A DNA stretch of 64,000 bases from Yuukianura sp. NJ FZ-2021 (taxonomy: Eukaryota): contig CM102288.1 of assembly GCA_046563655.1 (NCBI GenBank), forward strand, positions 4,960,001-5,024,000, given 5' to 3'. The notes beneath the pieces are model-generated. The model ran no database searches. It worked only from the letters and a program-made list of their open reading frames with translations, and was not told the origin of the DNA. Below are positions 12,078 through 25,968 of the stretch, one piece after another. Within the stretch, counting starts at the first letter, position 1. Each line of letters starts with the position of its first letter. The position numbers and the translations under genes are program-made.

Positions 12078-13216
12078 ACCAAGTATCATCGCATCGCCCG
12101 AGCAAAGCCGCCCTACGAGGGGTCATAGGAGTTGTGACTGTGAGAATTAATGCATGATTACCAAGAGAACTCTCTAACAGAATCCCAATGGTCAGTTGTT
12201 GCAACCAGTTTGTTGGTTTCGTCCTTGGTTGAATGCATAAACCTACCTACTAACTGCCAACATTAACATTAGGAAGTAAACGTCACTTTTGAGTCACGTT
12301 AACTGTGTTGAATGTTTATTAGTCTGACTGTGACTCTTTATGTCTCCTATAACTCAACTAACTAATTATGGAAAGTTAGTTGTAATTGTACTTAATAACC
12401 CGGATTTTGCCAAGGTAGGAATCAGCAGGGTTGAATACGGTTGCCGAGAGTAGCACTGTAGAGTTTGAACCAATCACTAAGAGCAAATATTATCAGCTTT
12501 TCCAAGGATTCGTGAAATCCCTGTAAAGCTGTAAATGCTTTGCATTTGCTGATTGGTTGAAACAGTTTTGCTAAGCTAACAACAGTAGTTTTCGTTTTCA
12601 TCTAAATGTCAATTAAGTTCACGACAGTCCTGCTCAATTGATGGATTCGTTGTGCCCCAGTGTGTTGTTGGAGTGGTGAAAACGACCTCTTTCTAAATGC
12701 AAAGAGTCCTCTCGTCTTTCTGCATAAACGTTTGCACCTTCGGGTTAAAATGGACAATGGACTTGAGTTGACGTGCGTGACTGTGATAGTTTGAGGATAT
12801 GGACTCCCTTCTTGAGTCCCTTCCCCATTGACTCGAGTAACCAAAATTGGCACAAATTACTCAAGTTTAGCTGTTTTTGAACCCTGTTCACCACTTACGA
12901 GAAGTTGATTGTCCAAGTTGGGATTTGAGAGAGTTCACTCTTAAGTTTAGTTTCCTTATTAACCTTGACTATGTCTGTCTCCCTGCATTAACTGAATTTT
13001 ATTAACCTTGAGCAACGTTCTGCTCCGTGCTTCAATCCCAACTAACCTTTTTAAAGTTTTACTCACCGTTGGAGTCGTTGGAACGCGGAACAACTGTACT
13101 ACTTATACGATAGTCGTACCTAGACAAGGCTAGTGCCGTTTTTATATCATTGGAAGTTAAGGATTTGTTAATAAAAGTTGACACATTTTGGTACTGATCC
13201 AAGAGTCCGTTCAGTT

Positions 13217-14209
13217 CTAAATGTACCTAGCTCGTGCTGCAAGGGAAGCGTTGTAGCCCAATTTGATAACTGTCTTCAGGACGGCCTTCATCGTGTCTCT
13301 GTCCAGGGCTACTCCGTAGGAATTCAAATTATTAAGGTTTAATCTTATATTTAAACTTATACAAGGTTATACAGTACCTGGCAGCATGGATAGCACGAAC
13401 CAGTCGTTTTGGTAACCTTGTACGCAGCGTGTGAATAGTGCAGAAGTCCTGTTGTCTGTCCAGACAAGGGTGTTCATCGTACGTCCTGGAAATCAATGTT
13501 CAAAACTACTGTTATTCTGCCTACCGAACCTAAGTTATAAGAGGCTACGGTCTCCTTACGAATGGGACTTAAGTTTGTTTGCTCTGAGCCTAGTCCAGCA
13601 ACGCACCATGCTTTAAATAACGCCATGGCTGGCACGCATTGCTGGATGAATCGCTGGTCATAGCCAGTCGTGATCCACGTATGAGTTGGTGAACCCATGA
13701 TCCTTAGATTCATGCGATTCAGTTCGTCTTGAGAACGTGGCGGGCGACCCAGCTGAAAGTAAATTCATTACATTTTTAAATAATTTAATTAATTACACTT
13801 TTAGGTTACGATTTATAGTTTGAACTTTACCAGGTACTCTGCGTAGCTACGATACATCTGTTGGCTTCCCATTGGCACGTAGAACGGATCCTTGGCGTGT
13901 CTAGCCATAGTCTAGCAACAAAACCATAGTCAACCACTGATTGAGTTTGAAAATTACTGACTACTATAATAAGTGCGCTTGTGCTGAATTAAGTTAAATG
14001 GGACTTACGAGGATAAAGTCTATGGTTGGTCGCATCGGTTCGGGGTCAGGGTTCAAACAGGGATTTTCCGAAACATTTTCGGGAGACAAAGTCGCTTCGT
14101 TGACAATCAAAAGAGTCAACGTCCAAACCAAAAGCCACCCTGAAGCGATGACACGCGATGACGTTAGCAAGACGCTATTGCGACTACCGGCAATTCCCCG
14201 GATCGCCAT
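13217..14209 (-). CDS. Secreted lipocalin-like protein (about 5 exons)
   Basis: Hydrophobic leader (WLLVWTLTLLIV); spliced C-terminus LVWTDNRTSALFTRCVQGYQNDWFVLSMLPALDRDTMKAVLKTVIKLGY resembles lipocalin SCR2/SCR3 plus helix; similar to the genes at 36.3 and 46.7 kb. Confidence 0.55.
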
Positions 14210-15430
14210 TTGGATCAAATGCTTCTTTAGCGGCACTTTATAACGACGCCCACCGTCTTCTGCATTTCAGTCACCTTTGTTTTCCGATTCGTAGTGCTCG
14301 GTGAGCTTGACACGGTCGCAATGTTTACGCTGGTCACAGGTTTGTAGAACTAGAATAAAATATGCCACGATTCTATGCCCTTTTTATAACTTTGGGGTCA
14401 TTTTCACACCTAGGACGACAAGAGAGACATTTAATTAGAGAAACCTATTCTTTGACTGTGAATGTCAACGCGTAAGAAGAATTGAATTGCGGAGTGCGAG
14501 ATCATTGCAGTGTGACCCATCATTCACAACGCTTCAGCAGTTGTGCAACAGGTCGCTATTCACTTTGGAAAGCAAACGTTTTAATACTCCTGACTGACAC
14601 ATCTTTATTTACGCCAATCTCTGACTTTCCCAAAGGTCAGATTCAGATTCAGATTTTACAATTTCTTAATTAATATACCAAAAAACAACTTTCCAAACGT
14701 TCTCGCTCACGATGAGATAACCAATGAATTTAGTTACAAAAAATGCAACTTTCAGAAAAATTAAGAAAAGGAAACATTCCCATAATTTTTGACAAACGAC
14801 ATTTTCACGCTATAAAACGAAACCTTACGAAAAAAAAAATACAAAAAAAAGTAACCTAAAAGTAACATCGTTTTTTTTCGAAACAAATAATGCTTTATCG
14901 GCACATTTTTGTTCGTTTTTGATCTGTTTATGTTTCAAAAAAAAATTCTAACTTTTTTCAAAGTTTTCGGTAAAAAACGTTCCAGCCACCGCTGAAACTC
15001 TGCAAGCACACATGCATCCTCGTCACTTTCCGAAATAAATTATACTTTCATTTTTATTTAAAAATTACAAATTATAATAATTATCATCAGCAATCAACAA
15101 TATAAATTTGCTGGCACTTTTATTATTCTTAACTCACACATCAAACTATAATCTTACATCCACTAAAAATAACCTAATTCCTACTGTTAAACCAAGGTTA
15201 TTTCATTTACTGAACCAAAAAACCTCGGGTTTGATGACGAAAAATTATATCACATAAATCAAACAAGTATAAAAAATCAAGGTCTCGAGCTTCCATCGAA
15301 TCGTCTATTCAACAATGCATCATCCACGTCAACCTCAGCAACGATCCAAATATCCAACCCACTGTTGAACCAAACGTCAGAGGGCCCTAACAGCAGACAA
15401 AACTAAATGAGAAATCTAAACGCCTTTTGG

Positions 15431-18400
15431 CTACGCCAGTGGATCAAAATAGGAAGTGTATTTTGTCGAAAGAAGGGATGTTTTCTCCGTCTGTCGTGCT
15501 ACGTTATTGCGCTCTTCGCTGCTAGTGCTTGAATGCTCCCCCTCTGGCTGCGCTCGGATCTGGTGAACTTGCACTGCTTGAGATCCAAATTGAGGGGCTC
15601 CACGAACTGTAGAAGCCGGAAAACTATGCGGCGGAGCATCATGTGGCTGTGGTTGGTAAAACATTGTGTGAGGGCGCTGATGGAGTGATGCAGATTGGCG
15701 ACGTTTCATCTACAAACATGAACCGTTTAGTAAAAAAAAAAAGATGTGCTACTTTAGTTTTAAGATTTTATAGTGTTAACATAAGCCACCTCCAAGTGAT
15801 GAATCTCGTGCAAGTAGAGGGCATCAAGGCTCATGTCCAACGTATTAAACTCCAGAGCAGCGTTGATGTCAGAGTTGGCTCCTTTTAGTACCGAGTGCGG
15901 ATATTGTGCAAAGCTATTTGCAAAGCTTATGGTCGAATTATTGTAAGAAGGGTTTCCATTGTTCGGAAAAAGTCCACTCTGCTGTTGTGTTCTGAAAGAC
16001 AAAAGGCAAATATTTTATAATATAATAATCTTATCCAGCTTAGATGCCCAAAGGAGAGTAGTAACGCATCCGGGAAACTTACCCAGTAACAATACCACGG
16101 TTGAGACTTCTTTGCATAGGTCCTTCGTGTTTATTGACGGAACCTCTGAAAGACGACTGATCCTGCGACACTTGTGGAAAGACGCTGGGAGCATGCGGTA
16201 CATCTCCCAGAGGCATGTCGAAAGGATTCGGTGGTATACTCAAAGGCATTAAATTATTTTCACGCATAATACTCGTCACGGCATTGGAGTACTGAAAGGA
16301 AACAACAAAATTTTAGGGCGCATGCATTCATCATCTAAAGTGAATTTTTTTTTTGTAAAAAAAAATCGATTACGTCATTCCCAAGAGAAGAAATAGAGTT
16401 CAAAGAAGCGTAGAATGGGTTCTCCTCAAGAACTGTTGGAAGAACGGCGGCTTCCCGTGCAGCTCTGTCTTTCAAATTGGTGATAAACACTCCTGCATCT
16501 GAAGGGAAAGAGTTAATAAATTAAGGCCACCGAGATAATGAATCCTATTTGTAAATATAATGTAAATATATTAGAAATATAAACATAAATAGCAGCTTAG
16601 AGCCTTACTGCTCGGAGGTTGCCACTCCGGGTTCGTGTGGGTAAAATGAACGAGGGAAAGCTCCGTCTTTCCATCCTCTGCTGGGGTGTAGGTGTTGTTG
16701 TTGTTGGAAGGTGGTGGCTCTGATCCATCCATGTCGTACGATGTCACTTGCCAAGCAGGATTCCCGTGCTTACGCACATCCATTTGTGCAAAAGAGCACA
16801 CATCTCCAACCCCAATAACTTCTACAGTGAAGTTCCTATAGAAGTCAACAATTTCCAGGCTTTTGTGTCGGAGATGGAAGTACAGAATTATCGGCGTCAC
16901 GAACGGAGAGATCAGCTCTTCAAGCAAATAAACCTAAAACAAACCGAATCATGTATAAGGTTCCAAAAATTCATCTCAAATCGAAATCAAAACTTACAGC
17001 TTTGTACTGAAATAGGAGTGAAAACTCATCTCGTGTGTGAGAAGTGTGTGCTTGACCTCTCCATTGATCAGGAAAGTAGTGAACGTGTGCCAAGACAGCA
17101 GTCAGAAGCCTTTCTGGGCACCATACAAGTTGCTCATCTGGTATGAACGCACTAAATTGTTTGTAAAAACAAATTACAAAGTTACTCGATAAGGCAGTGA
17201 TATTCTGCTAGGTGCAAAATGGCTTACCGACAAACAGCAATTATGGCACCCGATAAGGAAATTAGTAAGAGGACGTGCTCCACCGTTAATACATCCTCAT
17301 CATAAATGGCCAGGATGGACAACACTGCCAACAGAGCTCCGGCCACAAATGCCAAGTTCCTGTTTACACACAAATCAGTTGAACAACGCATTTGAAATAA
17401 TTTGGGAAATAAATAATTTTTAATAACCTAACACCTTTTTGCATATATTCAAAGCTGCGAAATATTTAGCACAGGTTGCCAAATGGCAACCCGCCATGAA
17501 TATTTTTTCGAGAGTCTCTTTAGCTAACAAATCTCTAATCCTCAACGTTAATATCCTAGTGCACATTTTTCAGTGTCACTTGTGTCTAATTTTAGCTGAC
17601 GATAAACGTAAATTATCCGAAACTCCAAAGTTGACGCAGTCGCAGATTTACGCGCAGGAGAATACTTACTGTGCAATAATGGTAAGTCCAGGCGCGTTAA
17701 AGATGCTCATATACTTTGCGGCAGGTCGATAGGCTCTTGAAAGCCGGGCGTTGATCTCATGTTCAAGCTCGTTGAAGTGGCGCAAATACAATCGGCCATA
17801 CAAAGACCATCGACGCATTCCCAGCGTCCCAGGCTCTCGCTTCACGACCTAAAAAGCAAAATAGAACGAAATGAATTAGTAGCTCTATCATCTAGTCATC
17901 TATCTCTACACAAGAAAAAAAATAGTCAAAACACAATCATCCACTCTTCTACTCAAGGCTATAAAGGTTAACAGCTTTTGATCGCAATGTCGGCAATCGG
18001 TCATTCCCTCATTGCATCAGCCCGCTGATTGTCAAGAGTTCTCACAATTAAAAAAGAAATGGCAGATTACCACATCCAGGACGAGGATTTCAAGAAGGAA
18101 AGAAAAAGTGGTTCTGTTTTTTGTGCCATGTCGAGGCGGCTCAGTTGATGACCGATTACGCATTTTCGGTGAAGAACCACTTACTTTAAGAATTCCCATT
18201 AAGCACGAGAAGTAAACAAAGAAAGAATCACTCACCTCGGCGTAATTGAAGAATGAATATAGAATTTGCCAGAGAAAGATGACTGGAGAGAGGATGAGAT
18301 TAATAAATGCAACGAACACGATCCGCTTTCTCAAGGACTCTGCAAGTTCCTTTCGCTTGGCAACTTTCTTGTAATCGGCTCGAAGGTGCCAACTGTTCTC

Positions 18401-19616
18401 GAACGGTGCCCATGGACCCCCTGGCATATCCACAAAAATTGTTTAGATACAGAATTTAAAATTAATAAAGCATTATGCCTATGCGTATCAGTTTTTAAAA
18501 CTTACAGAAAAGCAGAAGCTCTAAATTGTACTTCATTCCGTGTGTGAGAAAAACAACATCCCCGGCAACGGGCACATTGAACTTGAGAGGTAGGAGATTT
18601 TTGTTCGTCATTGCAATCATATAGTTCTTGAACCTGAACAAATACAAAACACATTTATAGGGAAATAGTTACTAATTTTCACAAAAGTGGGTTACAAGGT
18701 CAGTAAACATTCACCTGAGAATGCGATGATAAATATCCAGTTCAGTCAAATCTTGCTTGTGAATACACATTTGCTGTTCTCTCTGGACATAGCGAAGCTT
18801 CTTCTGGACATCGTACCACGTCAAATTGTCCAGTTCACTCTGAAATCAATCAATCAATCCCAATTAATTACAAATAGAACTTGCCCGCTTCTTCAAAAGC
18901 TTAAAAAGCAGGAGGAAACCCGTTTGGAATAATAATTATTACCTAATTGTTTAATTATTAGACTCACATCTTTAATAGATAACGCCGTTCGATAGAAAGA
19001 CCGAATTTCCCAATTCAGCATTGTATTGTAACAGACGAATAGGAGACGAATGATCCAGAAGAGTAGGGCAATAAATAGGGTGGCCCACATTATCACTCCA
19101 AAACTACTGACACACTGACCACCACCAATCAAAGCGTCGTTGAGGGTCACTTTCGTATTCGGTCCAGCTCCTGGCACTGGTTTATTTCTAACAAAAAAAA
19201 ACAGTTTCCGTTAGTCTGATCTCAGCAACTTTAAATACTTCAACTGCGCAGCTCTAGTTGCTCACTTGAACAGAATTTGGTAATCCACACATTCAATGAG
19301 AAATGTGGCAAAAGCAACGACGAATATGAATTGAATGAGTTCAAACAGTTCCTGCATTATAATACAAAAGAATCCGTGTTTCTGGTGGTAGTAGTACACT
19401 CTGGTGAAAAACGAATCTAAGTCTTCGATGTGGTTCCATTTTACTAAAAACAAAATTAGCCAATCAGATTCACCTCGACTCACAAATATTGATCCTGATG
19501 ATTGATAAAGTAAAACAGTTCTTACGTCTACTGGTTTCTGGAACTAAGTGGACCATGACATCGTGCGGTGGACTGTCGTCCATGTCGCCAACATGTTGGT
19601 AGCCAGCTCTCTCCAT
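15431..19616 (-). CDS. Atg9: Autophagy-related protein 9 (multi-exon)
   Basis: WNHIEDLDSFFTRVYYYHQKHGF, LEELISPFVTPIILYF, FYRNFTVEVIGVGDVCSFAQMDVRKHGNP, DGKTELSLVHF are Atg9 signatures; 3' end approximate. Confidence 0.95.
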
Positions 19617-20889
19617 TTTAGACTGAGGAGAATTAGATGTAGATGTTACTGCTTGAACAACACCACTGTTGACGACACTGAGAATGAGATAAGGAACAGA
19701 TAACCTAAAAACGTTTGATGACACACGACATAGAATTACATATTCAACTAACCTTTGAGTTGTTCTAGAAGGGGTTTCTTGGTTCTATTTGGAAGAATAG
19801 AATGAACAGAATTCGGAATTTGTGAATTTTGATTAACGATTTTCCATGACCGTCCCACGTCGCCACGTCAAGTCCCGGTCGACATCTACGTCGTTGTGTT
19901 CAATCTCGAGATTTTACGATTCGAAGTGAGTGTTACTGCTAGTTAGTACTTAACTTTCAGAATTGACCTGTATTTAAAAGAGAAGAACTCCTCCGCTCCG
20001 ATTAAAAAAAGAGTTTTTATAGATATTAATTGTTGCTCTATATGCATTCAGGTAACAAATTCCGGGGTGTGCACTAATTAATATTCCCAACTCGCAAATG
20101 GTATAATTTTGAGAAAAACACAAAAAGAAACACACTAGAGTTGACCTTCTCGTACCTTGTAGTTGTAAGGTAAAATGCGATGTTATTTTGAGATGATCAA
20201 ATTGCGAACTGAATCCACAACTTCTGGGCCACAGCCACAAACAAGTCCTTTCTTTCCTTTCGTCCTTCCTTTGTTTTGTGTTTCTATCACCCATCAGCAA
20301 CATTCGCACAACAGCTGATTGAACATGAACACCCAACCCTCCTACTACGGTTGGTAAAAATAGTTGGGGGACTCATCAATCACGCACCACGCAGGGATAT
20401 CAAATGCATTTACTTTGACTTTACATAAGTTGTGTTGTTTAAAGTATAGCGATACAGTCTGTTTTACAACACTAGGCTTTTCATTTGCCGATGGCTATTG
20501 CGTAAATAACCGGATTGATGGGCTAAAGTCAAATCGAGAGCCATCCGATTAAGAATTGGCAGACGGGTACGGAGGATGCAATTCCGTTTTACTTCAGCCA
20601 AATCTTTGTGTATTCAGTTTTTGCTCAGCGAGGAGAAACATTTGAGAAGCTTATAAAAAGCCTATGGTCGGAGAAATGTATGGGAGAAGTCTCCCTCTGG
20701 TTTCTTCCAGTTTTCCAAGCACAGCAAAAAATATGATTGGTCACAAAGCACCCTTATAACTTAGACTGAAAAACGTACTTCGTTTTCACTTCGCATGCTT
20801 TGGGATACAATACGTTTGGCAAACGTAAACTAAGAGGAACAATGACGAAGTACAAAGTACACTTCAACCTTCTTTGAGATGAAAAGTTC

Positions 20890-21064
20890 GGTTGAAGTAA
20901 GATATCGTTCGCCACCTGTTCCCACTTCCCACCCGTTCAAATTTTCGCGCTGCCTCCAATGTTCTCATGGGATGCTACCTGTGTCCCCGCCAAGTGGGGA
21001 CAATGCGGCAGCGCTAAAATTTGAACGGGTGGGGACAGGGGGCAAACGATATCTTACTTCAACC
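20890..21064. mobile_element. ~175-bp palindromic MITE-like element between divergently transcribed Atg9 and zinc-finger genes
   Basis: ggttgaagtaagatatcgtt...cccacccgttcaaatttt.gcgctgcc pairs with ggcagcgc.aaaatttgaacgggtggg...aacgatatcttacttcaacc; no clear TSD. Confidence 0.6.
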
Positions 21065-21462
21065 AGAAGTTCACTTCAGCAGAGGAATAGTCATGCTCAT
21101 ACCCCTGCGTGGAATAGTCGGTCCCCTGGGAGGGGACCGACTATTCCTTACCATCGCATCCTGAACTACCACAAACAAAGCTTTCTTCGGAATAGTCGTC
21201 CCTTTTCCTTTTGCAGAAGAGGTGCTCGTATTTTTCATTTTTTGTTGTTGTAAAACTGTCTGTTGTCCGTTGACTTAAAAAAGCGTTCAATTTTTCACTA
21301 ACTAATAAAGCCAAACTTACAAAAGGAGTTTAAGGTAAATGTATTCAGTTCCATTTTTCCAAATTATATTTTTAGATTTGAATTATCATGTTTTAATTTA
21401 GTTTAACTGCTGTTTTAATTCTGAAGTCAGGTTGGCAAGTGGGCTTCTTGTGACCTTTGGAC

Positions 21463-24400
21463 ATGGCCTCGACGGGAGATGGTGTGGTTTTTCTGGACCC
21501 ACCAAGCGAATTCAACTGTTCCAGCTGTTCTTGCCAACTTTCTGACTTTGAGGGAGCAGTTAACGAGATCCACATTTACTCAGTCGCCAATGAATTCGAG
21601 AAAAGCATAACTATCTTGGATGCCTTATGGGAAATCTTCGGAAGTGTTGCTCCCAACGCATCTAAACTAAACAAACTTCAGCTGGCCAGGAACAGCGACG
21701 TAACTCTTTTGATGTGCTCCAAGTGTGCTCAGGTTATGTCCCTGCTTTATAAGGACTTCCTGACACTTATACAAATCGCAGCAACTGATGGTTACGTTTC
21801 CAACCTGCTACATCACATGGAGAGCTGGCAAAACAAAGTGATGCAACAAGATTATCCATCACTATCGGGCACAGAAGTCGCAACAATGGACGATGAAGGC
21901 GACAGTAACCAACAACAGGAAGTGGGCAGTGAGTCCCGTCCACTCGCTGAAGAATTAGAACCGACTAGTATTGACTCTACACAGGAGGAGGAACATCTCC
22001 TCGTGCCACTACTTGATACAGCTTCCACGAATATTTCGGAAATAGTTGTGGAAGCTAGCATGGAGGTGTTTGGACCGGTAGATGAAAATGAGTCAGAATT
22101 GCAATATACCAAAGTCACTCAATCTGCTGTGGAAGAGCCAAGAGGTAAGCACTTTCCTCAGTTTGTTTAATAACAATTGACCGATCGCAAAAATTACCCA
22201 TTTTTTGTGTTTATATTTGTAATCAGCTTTAATAGCCTCTTTTTGTTTCCAGATCAGAAGTTTGTCGTTTTAGGAGGACAGCCCGATGTTACAAGTCAGT
22301 TTTTGACAGCAATTGGCAAAAAGAAACGTAGACGTCCTACAATACGTAGATCCAGGAACTCTTCTGTTGATGATAGTGGGGTTACTGTTGAGAAAAAGTA
22401 CGTGAAGGCGCCGTTGTCGGAAACAGGACGAATAGTTGGTCAGAAGAAACGACACTTCTTCAGATGCTCACTTTGTCCCACGGCGTTCTTCTACAATTGG
22501 GAACTGTATGACCACCTCCTCCTAATTCACATGAAGAAGGAGCGTTCTGTGTGTGGAAAGTGTGGCTGGGAGTACTATCCGGAAATCCTGAATTTTGATA
22601 CCCACAAGTGCCCTGTAACCGACGCGGAAACGTCCATGGACATACGCTATCCGTATCGATGTGCCGTGTGTGACATTATTTTTGACAAGGAGTCGTCACT
22701 CAAATCACATCAGGAGAGTGTTCATGTCGTGGACATGGTTCAATTTGAGTGTGTCTTCTGTCATAAGAACTGTGTTCGTCGTTCATCGCTTCTTCAGCAC
22801 TATTCATTATGTAAGGCCAATTTACAAGGGTCAATTACTGATTGCCAAATACCGTTGAGTAACTCAACTTCAGTATCAATTATCACTCTCAATTCAATAG
22901 TTCTCAAATGTTTATTCTCAATGACTTCTATTCAGGTCATCCTGAAACTTGCATAGGAGATAAGCATATATGTTCCTTTTGTGGGATGGGATTTGATGGA
23001 GAAATTGAAATGCGGGAGCATATCAGTCAAGCTCATGAAGCGGAGTACGCTGCTGAGAACCCTGAGAAGTGTAACTATTGCGAAAGGAGGTACCAAACTT
23101 CTCTTCAGAAGTTATCCCATATGAAAAACGTCCACGGATACCGACGCTCAAAACAACTTCCGCCAGAAGGTTTTCCGTGTCCTGACTGTGGAAAGGTATT
23201 AATTATAAGTCTCAGTTACGAAATAGAGAAAATCTAAGGACAGAGAACTTGAATCGCAGGTTAATCTCTTAAATTCACAGGCATTTATCACTACCAAACG
23301 GCTTCGGAAGCACATAAGTTTCAAACATGGGGACAACCGTGGTAAAAACAAGCAGTGTAATATCTGTGCCAAGACTTTTTGGACAAGGCATAAACTTCTA
23401 ATGCACATGCGGTAAGGGAAACAAAGAATAACTTAATGGTATAACTTAATTTAATGAATTCGACTTCTGATATCTGACTTATGCATGATAGGACCCACAC
23501 GTATGGTGCTAATGCCAACACGAGAGTACCCAAAGAGTTTGCAGAGTACAATTTAAAGTACAATTGCAAGCATTGTCCCCTAACATTTAATTACAAGGCA
23601 CATGCGGATCTCCACAATCGGAATTTTCATGGAATCAAGGAGGATGGATATAAATGCGTCGAATGCGAGCAACTCTTTGCTACAAACTTGGATCTTCTCG
23701 TCCACAAAAGGTTTAGTTTTTTCTTAGAATGAATTCAAAAAATAATACGAGTGATCTCAAAGTTTTGTTTCTAGTCGGATTCGCTTAATGGGCTTAATTT
23801 TGGTAAACTTTCTTGAATATTTTTAGGAAGCATTACACTCTGGAGCAGAAAAAGGCCATGCCGTGGACTATGAAGGGGGCCGACGGAGAATTCGACTGCG
23901 ATATTTGTGGGAAAGCTTATTCATCTCTGAAGAATTTGGTATGAATTCTCAGCATTAATTCCTTTGGATGTCTGAAGTTGGACTGAAGTTAGTATTTTGG
24001 TCTCCTTTTTTACGAATTGTGATGTCTCTTTGTTTTATTGCAGTTCACTCATCATAACTATGTTCATGTGGGCAATAACTCAGTCGTTTGTGACCTCTGT
24101 CACAAGGAACTTCGAGCTCGCAACCTCAACTACCACAACAGGGCTTTTCATCCAGAGAGGGCAAAGCAACATGAACAGATCCAGTTTGAGTTGCTGGATG
24201 AGTCAGACGTTCTCACATGCGACGTCTGCAACAATGGAAAGGTTTATTCCTCCAGAAGAGCGCTGTTGGAGCACAAGGGAATTCATGACGGAAGGTTAGT
24301 TTTCTAAGTGAAATGTTTGAATTTACGCCTTCCTGGTTTACGAATGTTCATGTTCTAGTTATCTCAAAGTGAGTTGCCCAAAATGCGGATTGAAGCTCAG

Positions 24401-25004
24401 ATCAAATCAACGACTCAGGATCCATGATTTCCAAGTCCACTCGGGCAAGTTTGAACCAAAACCAGTGCGAGAAACTAAACCAGAGTCGGAGAAACTGCCT
24501 TGCACAATTTGTAAGAAGGTTTACACGTCACTGAAGACTCTCAAAGAGCACCAAGAGATCCACACGGATCAGCACATGAAAGCTCGCTGCCAATTCTGCC
24601 CATTCCGTACAAGAAGGAAACAGCAACTCAAAATCCACATGGAAACCATGCATCCTTCCGAAGAATTTGAGAGTCCTAGTCCTCCGCCGTCGAAGAAGGG
24701 AAAATTCCCTGTCGTCATCAAATCTGAACCGCTCTCGGACTCTGAAATTCCAGAAGATGCACGCCCTGCTGAATCGCCCGTAAGAACATCACAACGCTTG
24801 AAGAATGCACCTCGCAGGAGGTTCTCCATTGGTACGAGGAAGAGAAATACTGGCAGAAGGACTAAGCCAAAAGCAGAAGACGTGGACTTCCTTTCGTACT
24901 TCCTTCCAGTTGAACATGGTATGACGAAACGCCTAGAAATTAAGTTGACAAGGATTGAAGACGAGCCAGAGCAGTCTCCGCAAATGGGTACGACAGATTT
25001 ATAA
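21463..25004 (+). CDS. Multi-C2H2 zinc-finger protein with N-terminal Cys-pair (ZAD-like) domain, multi-exon
   Basis: CSSC...CSKC N-terminus, acidic linker, more than 12 CxxC...HxxxH fingers across ORFs 22177-25004. Confidence 0.88.
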
Positions 25005-25968
25005 ATTCTCTTCATGGGATGGCGGATGGCTTAATATAAACAATTTCTTTGAAGGTTTCTAATTAAAGGGGAACAAATTAACGAATTATTTTTCCCTCTA
25101 TTCACTTTAACCTTCAGGAAATGACAATGTACTAAACATCAAAATAATTAGCAGATCAAATCTCTTTCGTGTCGGAAAGTGAGATAACTGAAGTTTCTTA
25201 TTTCAAAACAGCTATGAACTGTATACTTTCTTGTTTAAATCGGGAAGTAAAATATGACTTATATGGTTTTCGCTTTGATTGTTTTTTTTTGTGTGAAATG
25301 GGTACGAGAGTTTGAAGGTCTTGATCGAAATGTGTTTTTGGTGAGTTTGAATTTGAATCAAACAATGGTTTAATGAAAAGAATTTAATTAGTATTTTGTT
25401 TTATGAGGATCAATGCTGGGACTGTTCGATGTCAAAGACTGCATGGACGATGACCTCGTACAGATTGACTTTAGCCACATGAAGAAAGGTTCCACTGACT
25501 CAGGCAGAAGAGGATGTTGAAGAGTGCAGGGCCAAGGTGGACAGCATCTAAAAGTGGGATGTCCCTTGACTCGGATTCTCCGCAATTCCCTGCATGCAAC
25601 ATCGTTCTGCGTGGACCATCCAAATAGCAGTGCGAAGCGGTGCCGAGTTTATGACCCGACCGAGGACATTCAGAGCACAGTCGCCGTATTAACATCCCCA
25701 CTTTGTTATTCTTTTTCACTTTACTTTTCTTCTCCTATTTGTTTTCCAGAATTGACGGAAATGAAAACCACAGGTTTTCCGCTAAAATTCCCGTGTTTTG
25801 CCATTAGTCTTTGCTTTCCTAAATCAGTGGAGGTGGGTCGTACCAATATACATATTTAAATTCCTTATTAATTACGATATTATTTTTTTGCTAGTTTGAG
25901 GGTCAAAAAACCGAGGGTTGACTACTGCTGAGTTCATAATCCACATCGGATATTAAGTACGGAAAGAG

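Noticed and set aside
25413..25520. Short ATG-initiated ORF (MLGLFDVKDC...) upstream of the XK-related gene
   Set aside because: It stops after 35 codons and cannot be confidently spliced into the downstream frame
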